This document shows positions 55,329-64,000 of a stretch of 64,000 nt of DNA, piece by piece. Made by a program: the position numbers and the translations under genes. This DNA comes from Vermamoeba vermiformis. Taxonomy: Eukaryota. The notes under the pieces are model-generated. The model saw only the letters and a list, made by a program, of their open reading frames with translations, made no database searches and was not told the DNA's origin. The stretch spans positions 186,001-250,000 of the forward strand of contig JBEWZL010000030.1 of NCBI GenBank assembly GCA_045837725.1, given 5' to 3'. Every line of letters begins with the position of its first letter. Position 1 is the first letter of the stretch.

Positions 55329-57951
55329 ATGTTCGGGAGAATTTATTCTTCCCTGAGTTCACTGGCTAAAAAGTCAATCTCATCAGCGAGCCCTGCCCCT
55401 ACGCGGTTGCTGAAGACGAACGAATTTAGCAATCTGTTAAAGAAGAGAACATACGTGTTTGCAAGCACCAGCACAACTTTAGTAAAATCAGCGCCAAAGA
55501 AATCAGAAAATCATTCGTTCTTTCAACAGGTAAATTACAAAGCAAATTTTCAAAAACTCCTGACGATTATTATTATAATAGGGCAAACGGTTTACCTTTA
55601 GCAATGAGACGAAAAATATTTTAAAATTATTCTATGCTCAAGGCAATAATAACAGACGAAATTACCACTCATCTGGATCGAGATGGCAGGAGGGTCCACG
55701 CAACCCCAGAGGTATGATATGGCTACAATAACGTTTAACATATCATGTATTAACATACAATGCTCGCAGATATTCGTCCGCCACCTCCGCCATTCTGGGC
55801 CAGTGGTATGTTATATATGCTCACCCGTCCATTAAACTCGCTCATTAACCTCGCATTAATATTAGCACTCGCAACGGCACTGACAATCGCCCTTGGCTTC
55901 GTTGTGTTCTCATTTTTGATGGGAGGAACCGGAGCAGGAGAAACGGAGATTGATTGGAGCACTTTCCAAGCCAAACTGCTGTTGACAAATGAAGTCGAAA
56001 AGCTCGTGGTGACTGAAGGAAAGATTGTCAAGGTGTTTTTGCGCGGTCAAGTAAGTAGTTCATAGAGTCAATGCCAAACATTTTCTAATGCGGATCTTAG
56101 CCTCAATTCCCCGCTTATCACTTCACTATCGGCAGTGTGAAGGCATTCGAGCGCAGATTGTACGAAGCTCAGAAAGAGATGGGCAAACCACTGATTGAGT
56201 TCGTGCCTGTTATCTACGAGAGCGAGGGGCTCGTTTGGAGCATCGTGCGTGCAGTTCCTATGCTGATCCTCGTTGGTTTGGCATTCATGGCTATTCGCAC
56301 TCAGTTCTCGCGCGGTGGTGTAAGTACAAGTATCATAGTTCTACTTGTGTTGTCAGGCTCACGGTATCTTTAGTCCAACATCTTCAGCTGGGGCAAATCA
56401 ACTGCAACACAAATCACTGCGGACATTGCACCCAAGACCAAGTTCGCCGATGTTGCCGGCTTGAATGAAGCCAAAGAAGAAATCATGGAGTTCGTCAAGT
56501 TCTTGAAGAGTCCTCAGAAGTACACCGCGCTTGGAGCCAAGATCCCAAAGGGCGCCATGTTGGTGGGTCCTCCTGGTACTGGTAAAACTCTTCTTGCCAA
56601 GGCTACTGCTGGTGAGGCTGGAGTGCCTTTCTTCTCCATTTCTGGCTCAGACTTCGTCGAGCTGTTTGCTGGTGTTGGTCCTGCACGTGTGCGCGACTTG
56701 TTTGCTCAAGCCCGCCAAAAAGCTCCAGCCATTATTTTCATCGACGAAATTGACGCCGTTGGCCGCAAGAGATCAAAGTCTGGCTTCAACAACGACGAGC
56801 GTGAAAACACACTGAATCAAATGCTCGTAGAGATGGACGGTTTCAACACCACTACTGGTGTCGTTGTGATGGCTGGTACTAACAGACCTGATGTCCTCGA
56901 CTCTGCTTTGTTGCGCCCTGGTAGATTTGATCGCATGATCTCAATTGACCCGCCAGATATCAAGGGACGCATTGAAATCTTCCGCGTGCACTTGAAGTCA
57001 CTCAAGCTCGAGCAGCCTGTTGACTACTACGCTGAGCGCTTGGCTCAAATGACTCCTGGCTTTGTCGGTGCAGACATTGCTAACGTGTGCAATGAAGCTG
57101 CGCTGATTGCTGCTCGTGAGGGCGACAAGCACATCACTCTGCAACACTTTGACAAGGCTGTGGATCGTGTCATTGCCGGTCTCGAGAAGAAGAACCGTGT
57201 ACTCAGCCCCAAAGAAAAAGAGACAGTTGCCTATCACGAAGCCGGTCACGCTGTTGTGGGCTGGTTTTTGAAGCACGCAGATCCGTTACTCAAAGTAACC
57301 ATCATCCCGCGTGGACGAGCCTTGGGCTTCGCTCAATACACTCCTACTGAGCGCTACCTCTACAGCAAAGATCAACTGCTCGACATTATGTGCAAGACTC
57401 TCGGTGGCCGCTGCGCTGAGTTGTTGACCTTCAACCGCATTTCCACCGGTGCTTCCGACGACTTGGAAAAGGTCACCAGTATGGCCTACAATCAGATCAC
57501 CAAGTGGGGCATGTCGGACAAGATTGGTCCCATTGCCTTCCCCGAGCCCGACGAAGAAAATCCTTTGTAAGTTCAGCTCGTTAGTAACTCGTTGAACCTG
57601 CCATTAACTGTGCACAGAATGTCCAAGCCTTACAGCGAGTCTACAGCTGAAATGATCGACACTGAAGTGCGCAATCTCGTGGAGCTGGCCAAGGAGCGCA
57701 CTTTGCAAATCTTGACTGAGGTAATACACGCTCAGACTGTTTTCACTCATAAACTTACTGTCCCTGTTTTGTAGTACCGCGACGGTTTCGAAAAGGTCGC
57801 CAAGCGCTTGCTCGAAAAGGAAGTGTTGTACCGCGACGACTTGGTCGAGTTGTTGGGTCCTCGTCCGTTCAGCGAGAAGGGCTACAAAGAGTTCATTTAC
57901 ACAGATCAGAAGCCTAATAATAATAACGGCACTGAGCAGCCCACAGCCTAA
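55329..57951 (+). CDS. AFG3L2: Mitochondrial m-AAA protease (AFG3L2/paraplegin, FtsH family; multi-exon)
   Basis: [72 protein letters not shown]. Confidence 0.92.
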
Positions 57952-58319
57952 AATTGCGAATTTTTCTATAATTTTAAACAATCCAATCTGTTTGTTATCC
58001 AACCTCCCTTCTACGTTGTAGGAGGGAACTGTAATCCACATTCAGCGAGTGTAAATAAATTTTGTTTCCATTGAGTTCTTGAGTAGCTAGAAATTGAACT
58101 TTATTGTTGGCACAAGATGTATATCAATAACCATAGCTGCTGAACTGCTGCTGCCCCTTGATCGAATCTAGCAGAAAAATATTGTTAATATCCAATTGGC
58201 GTTATAATTCCGCATGTGTAATTTAAAAAATATATTATATCATATGCTGTATAAATACGTTAATTATACGGCTATAGACTTACTTGGTATGTACATCAAA
58301 AATATTTTGTAATTATTGT

Positions 58320-58703
58320 TTAGTGATGTTCTTTGCCCTCGTGCTTGGCATCGTGCTTCTCGTGGTGGTCGTGATCATGGTCGTCATGAGTGCGTTCAGA
58401 ACCTCTATAACCCCAGAGGTTTCGTCGGCCAACAACTTCACCCAAAGTGAATGCACCAGCAGCAATAGCACCAGTGGTCAACAATTGAGTAAATTCGCCA
58501 GTGGTGATATTGCCAGTCTTAATTTGACGCCACAAGTGGGCTTTGTGAGCAGCATAGACTTCGTAGTGCTTGGGCAAGCCAGACAAAACCAATCCAGCAG
58601 ACTCATAGCCGGATTTAAGAGCCTTCTGCTCAACAGTAAGGGCTTCAGACTTGGCCAAGAAAGACTCTCCAAGCTTGCCGAGACTTCTGCAGATACCTTG
58701 CAT
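58320..58703 (-). CDS. Mitochondrial ATP synthase subunit g-like with His-rich C-tail
   Basis: Small basic protein ending AGAFTLGEVVGRRNLWGY, which matches the subunit g F.xGE.xGR..xxGY motif, followed by THDDHDHDHHEKHDAKHEGKEHH. Confidence 0.8.
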   Translation of the reverse strand: MQGICRSLGKLGESFLAKSEALTVEQKALKSGYESAGLVLSGLPKHYEVYAAHKAHLWRQIKTGNITTGEFTQLLTTGAIAAGAFTLGEVVGRRNLWGYRGSERTHDDHDHDHHEKHDAKHEGKEHH

Positions 58704-58816
58704 TATTGATGACTTGTGTTTAACTTGAGCAAAAAAATAACAAAATAATTATCAAGTCAAAGTCAATAACACGACACCCCGATTATTTTTGCTTAACTAG
58801 TCGGTTATCAATTCTT

Positions 58817-59980
58817 ATGGAGAGAAGCAATCAAAAAACTGCAACGGAACACTTAGTGTTTTCCGACGAGGACGAGATTGACGATCTGACCGTGTCGCCC
58901 ACCATAAGTCGTATTCAGAGTACTCCTTCACGTCCGAGTAGTCAACAACAGGTAGACGGAATTTTTGTCATTGATATCAAGTGTTATTACCAAAGATTTC
59001 GAATTTCTTTCATTTTTTCGGATCCTGAAGACATTTTTAGGCTCGCACTTCGCCCCAACCCACCACCACCGCGAAAAAGGAAGTACCTAGTAACAAAAAG
59101 TCACAGGGCACGAAGGACGGCCGTGAAGGTACGAAACGAGAAAGGCGTATCGATAATTAACCCTGTCAGATCTATTCGGTAGCTTTGCCAAGTCGTTATC
59201 ACGCGGTTTCAATTCAGCCATCGATGGCATTGAGAAAGCATTTGCACCACAGAGTGACAGCGACGAAGAGAGCGAGGACGAATTCGATGACTTGGTGTTT
59301 AGCAAGACAGAACAGTTCCGCGAGTTGTTTAAACACCCGAACACGGAGGTCATATTGTTTGAGAGCAATTGTAGGAGTATTGTAGTGGGCTCAGTGATAA
59401 TAGGACATTGTTACTTATCGAGCAACTACTTCAACTTCCATTACGTTAACAACTTGCAACAAGACTGCACGGTCGTTATTCCACTGTACACAGTAAGACA
59501 GACTCTCGTACGCTCGTTAACACGTGATATTGACGCATTAGACAGATCGACAAAGTAGCCCCTGGCAGTGCACGCACAGCAAGTGATTCGAAGCAACTCG
59601 TGGTGACATTCTATCTCGAGCCAGAACAGACGTAAGAGCGTAGTTGGTAGTGATGACACGATACTGAATGTATTTTCTATCAGTCCTAATGTGCTCCAGT
59701 TGTGGACTAATGACGGTCGAGTAAGTGCAATTCCAATACGATAACTCAATCACTAATGACATGCACAGATGCATCAATTCTTTGCCTTCAAGCGTGACTT
59801 CCCCAAAGTGATGGGCATTGTGTCACACGCCATACAATCGGCTAAGGTGAGTTACAATTGTACCCTACACAAGTCTAACACCATATCTAGCGACGAGGAC
59901 CACCAGCCGCAGCACAACCTCAATACGTGCCGTATTTGCATCCTAAGTCACCTTCACCCGACACTGAAAGGACACAGTAA
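58817..59980 (+). CDS. GRAM-domain protein (multi-exon)
   Basis: FRELFKHPNTEVILFESNC...IGHCYLSSNYFNF...VVIPL; SIEIITT....HQFFAF. Confidence 0.75.
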
Positions 59981-60062
59981 ACGAGAGTTTATTGCACAAC
60001 ACCATTGTACATAGTTAAATGAAGTCACGCGGATATTACTCCGATTGATTCTCACGACAGCT

Positions 60063-61749
60063 CTATTTCTTGTTCTTTTTGAGCACAGATCTGAAGTCAA
60101 CTTGACCAGGGCCTGTCACTGGCAGGTTGTCCTTCTTGGGCACTACAGGGGAGGACTTGAGCACGACACCACCATACGCGGGCTTGGGAGTATCTGCTGC
60201 TTTGGCCTCTTCTTGTTTCTTGGCCTCTTGCATGCGCTTCCACTCAGCCTCTTTGCGACGCTCTTCTTCTTCGAGTTGCAGTGCTGCTTGTTTCTTCGCC
60301 TCTTCAGCTTTCTTGGCCAGTGCTTGTTGTGCCTCAGCTTGTTCGCGCTCCAATCGCTTCAACTCCTCTTCGCGCTTCTTCGCTTCAGCTTCACGTCGCT
60401 CTTGTTCCTGCTTAGCCGCAAGTTTCTGCGCCTGTTCCAAGCGCTCTTCTTCTTCACGCTTCTTTTGTGCTGCTCGTGCTCGCTCTGCTTCTCGTTCACG
60501 TTCTTGTCGCTCGAAGAATTCACGTTCAATTCGTTTCTGCTCTTCAGCTCCTTGCTTCTCTCGTGCTCGCAGCTCTTCCTCGCGCTTCACACGTTCTTCT
60601 TCCTGTTTTTTCAGCTCAGCCAGACGTTGTTCGTCTTGACGATCTTTCTCCATGCTCATGCGTCGGAACTCTTCGTCTTTCTTGTTCTCTTCTTCCCTCT
60701 TCTTCTCGGCCAATCGTCGCTTGATCTCCTCGCGCTTCCACTCAGCGGAGCCACGTGACGACGATGTACTCTGATTGGCTACACTGTCCGGCACACTGCT
60801 CGGAGCAGGAGTGGTGTTCTGTTGTGCCTCTTGTTGTTTCTTCTCTTCTTCACGCTTCATCTCTTCTTTGCGCTTAGTCTCCTCAGCGAGGCGTTGTGCC
60901 TCTTCTTGTTTTTTGAGCTCTTGTTGGCGTTTGAGCTCAGCACGTACTCGCTCGTCCTCCGCTCTACGCTGTTCAGCGCGCACTTTCTCTTCATTGCGCT
61001 TCTTCTCTTCTTCGCGGGCACGTTCAGCAGCGAGTCGCTTAGCTTCAGCAGCACGTTGTTCAGTGACTTTGGGGTCCTCAGGTGTCGCGCTCACGAGTTG
61101 CGTGTCTTGTGCTTCACCGCGCATTAAAAAACTGCCAGCCATCTCAATAGTCCTCTGATCGAGCACTGGTTGATAGCGCTGTTTGAAATCAGTGCCAGGC
61201 ATGAGTCGGACCAGACCATTCTGAGAAACAAAATTGTCAGTGCTGATCTCTTGCAGGGTTCAGCTACTTACGTGATCGACGACAATAAAGTCTCCAATAT
61301 TACTGTGCTGTGATCCTTCGACTGTTTGCACTACAACTTGAGTTTTCGTTCTAACAGCAGATACACCTTTACATCCAATCAGCACAACTAAAATTAATTG
61401 TAATTATTGTAACATACCTGGTGCATCTTGGCGAGGGTTATAACGTTTCCATGGGCCTAACCGAAAATTCTTATTTTAGTCTTGATTTTAAATAATGAAA
61501 TTCAATACCGTCAGTTATATTGCTGGCTTTGTAGAATGCAATTAACTTCTCCTCCACCATTACATCAAAGTCTTGCTCTTTGCTATTGGTTTTATAGGCA
61601 TACAAGCCCGGGTAGAGGGAAACTATTCCGTTTTTTGTCACCACATCTTGATGCTTGGTGCATTTTTGAACCCATATGGGCTTAAACAATCTATATTGCT
61701 TAAATTGCTTGCGCAATTGCGCAAAGAGCTCGTTGTTTGTGTTATCCAT
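60063..61749 (-). CDS. Protein with tandem PGDYG-like N-terminal domains, long E/K/R charged helix (SAH-like) and C-terminal DFRxxL motif
   Basis: VQTVEGSQHSNIGDFIVVDH|NGLVRLMPGTDFKQRYQPV, a similar upstream block, about 270 aa rich in E/K/R/A/Q, ending GQVDFRSVLKKNKK. Confidence 0.7.
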
Positions 61750-62269
61750 GTCTGCTTGATCCACAAACTGAGACTTTGATTCCACAAAAAAAACTGAGAA
61801 TTCGCACAAGATTAAGTGATCCTGAAATATTGTAATAAATAGAGCACCTAAAATGATAGGAATCATGATCTTGCGATCGTAAAGACACTCCCGTTTCCTG
61901 CTTACGTGACTTGCACTGTTTTTCCGCAAATGTGAACTCGTGGCTCGTACGTAAATGGAGCTGAGAATAGGATTTGTCTCCGTTATACTTAATTATCGAT
62001 TTGTTTATTTACACGTAAAACAGGTTGCTTTCGAAGGTCGTGGCAGAGCTCACCAAGCTAATGACTTCAAAACTGCTTTGGAGCTCTGCGTACGCCCTCT
62101 TCAAGCTTAGTTTTTACACATTTACATTAGATTTATAAACAAGTGTGAAAAAGAAAAGAGTTCCAAGAAAAACGAAGCCGGATCTGCTCCGAGTGAGTCA
62201 CCTGACGATTGGCAATTCTTGAGGATGCAAGAAGTGACGCTCGTGGACGATTGTCACGATTGTAAGCTC

Positions 62270-63295
62270 TTAGTTTCTTCTGCGTCGCTTCTTGCTGTTG
62301 GCCTTAATTCGTTGGATGATGTACAGGTCACGCTCCTTTCTCGGGTAGCCTTTCTGGTTGACATTAGACCAAATGTGGAAGGGATCGGAGACGAGTCGCT
62401 CGACTTCTTGGCCATCGGAGATGAGAGTGTAGGTCAAGACGAATTTGAAGCCCTTTGTTCGGCCAGGTAACATTGTCTGCGAGATCTTCAAGTTCGGCAG
62501 GGTTACTTCGCCCTTGTCATTGACGGAATGTTGAGGTGACACCGCAGTCATGAATATTTCGCGTTCTTCTTTGCGCAACTTTTTGTCGCAGATCAGTTTG
62601 ACCAAGATGTAGTCACTACTTTTCGCGGGGTAGTGAACTCGCAGCAGGTTGATCGGCAAGATGTTAAACTCTTTAACTTGATGTCGGCCAGGTCCCACGA
62701 CCATAGTCATGCGTTCTCCTTCTTTCTTGGGCAAGTAGCCTTCTTCGGGCGTGAAATCCTCTTCGATCTCCGAAGTCGATGCGCCGTCGCCTGCGTTGTG
62801 AAGGTCGGGAAGCTCGTCGGCGCTTTCTTGCGATGAGGGAGAGTAGGGCTCTGAGTCGCCAGAGTAGTAATATTCTTCATCTTGGTGCGCTGGCTGTGCT
62901 CGTCGACGTGTGTTCGCGTGGTGGTGCTGGTGAGTGGGATGTGGTGCTGTTTCTACGGCTGGTTTGGGTTGAACAACTGGCGGTTGCTGGGAGTGTAAAA
63001 TAGGTGGTGGTGACTTGGTGTCCATTCTGTCGCCGAGTAGTTGATTATTGAGGTTGTCAATATTATTTATTCCCGGATCTGCGATCTCGAGGATTTGGTT
63101 GGAAAACAGCGTTTGATCGCCTAAAAAATTATTGTTCAGCGACAGGTCCATGGCGTTATCGCTAGGCATGCAGGAGGCGGCCGGCAGTGGGAACTGAAAC
63201 ATACCATTCTCCCATTCGTTGTATTTGAAGCCTGGATCGCGTCTTTTCATGAGCGGACTAACCGCACCTTGCATCGGACTTTGTGCACCTTGCAT
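62270..63295 (-). CDS. Putative transcription factor with C-terminal Ig-fold (STAT/CudA/p53-like) DNA-binding domain and NLS
   Basis: Low-complexity N-terminus; beta-rich C-domain EVTLPNLKI...FKFVLTYTL...SDPFHIWSNVNQ; ends KKRRRRN; more than 700 bp of upstream non-coding DNA. Confidence 0.5.
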   Translation of the reverse strand: MQGAQSPMQGAVSPLMKRRDPGFKYNEWENGMFQFPLPAASCMPSDNAMDLSLNNNFLGDQTLFSNQILEIADPGINNIDNLNNQLLGDRMDTKSPPPILHSQQPPVVQPKPAVETAPHPTHQHHHANTRRRAQPAHQDEEYYYSGDSEPYSPSSQESADELPDLHNAGDGASTSEIEEDFTPEEGYLPKKEGERMTMVVGPGRHQVKEFNILPINLLRVHYPAKSSDYILVKLICDKKLRKEEREIFMTAVSPQHSVNDKGEVTLPNLKISQTMLPGRTKGFKFVLTYTLISDGQEVERLVSDPFHIWSNVNQKGYPRKERDLYIIQRIKANSKKRRRRN

Positions 63296-64000
63296 ACTTT
63301 CAATATTGCTAAATTTCTCGGTGACGTGTTGTTGTAAACTGTTTCAAGTTGTAAATAAGCAAAATCGAGTTTGAAGGAGTTTGACTTCCGCCTAAGGAAT
63401 TTCACTGAAAAATTCCTTTTTGTTTTCTTTCAAATTTCAGAAGGAAAGTACGCCATTGGTGGACCTTCTGCAAAAAAGGTGAAAACAGACTTTTTTCTTG
63501 AAATATCCATAAGAGTTAGTGCCGTAAACTCTGATTTCAACGGTGAAAGTCCGCTGTCACCCTTCCCTGTCAATCATGAGACCGATGTGCTGTTTAATCT
63601 ACTTTGGTGCAATCTATAGGCAACCTTTTAGAACGTATAAATAAGGAAAAAGCATATAAACGTGACACGGGTTTCAAGCCGATAAATGATTTGCAATACG
63701 TACCGGGTCATCAACGAATCTCAGAGATTTTACTAAATCTCCATTCAATCGGTAAAGTTTGGAATTGAGCTGGGCACCAAATCTTTCTGATTGTTTACGG
63801 AAATATACACAAAAATTTTCGAAAATTAATAACAAATCCATCCGAGATCTCTAAAATCTTCTTTAAAACGCGAGATTAGATGCCTATTTTGTTGCAACGT
63901 ATGAAACATGCACTGTCGATTTTTGCACTATCAGTCGGGCAATTGAACGTTTTTCCTGTCGGGCATCTGTCTGGCTTTCACTTCCCCAGGTGCTTGTGAA

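Overview
Gene-dense eukaryotic DNA with many short GT-AG introns (mostly 42-60 nt inside genes, longer and AT-rich near gene 5' ends) and intergenic gaps of about 60-450 bp. Gene content (IBARa-like I-BAR protein, SvkA-like kinase, D-domain PDI) suggests an amoebozoan protist; this is inference. About 30 protein-coding genes can be reconstructed by hand-splicing: TRAF/MATH (partial), RPL23, HAUS4, a CaMK-like pseudokinase, ICE2-like, OXA1-like, RAD54B, SPT16, CTU1, eIF3b, a CHD6-9-type remodeller with FYR domain, TPX2-like, SvkA/MST3-like, CDC50, PDI, LYRM4, BolA, acylphosphatase-like, I-BAR/WH2, TTC5, SLC17, ankyrin-2OG oxygenase, CNOT1, RRP40, COPS9, AFG3L2, ATP synthase g, GRAM, a PGDYG-like/SAH/DFRxxL protein and a putative Ig-fold transcription factor. 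The strongest unexplained signal is a 12-bp palindrome, TGACACGTGTCA, seen 10 times exactly (8 in introns, 2 in exons) plus near-variants, all in gene bodies and sometimes overlapping the branch point and 3' splice site. The second is a 3.1-kb CpG-depleted, transposon-like island (7.1-10.2 kb) holding a small TIR-bounded element with two tRNA-like units. Family calls come from recalled motifs, not database searches, and exon boundaries are manual predictions.
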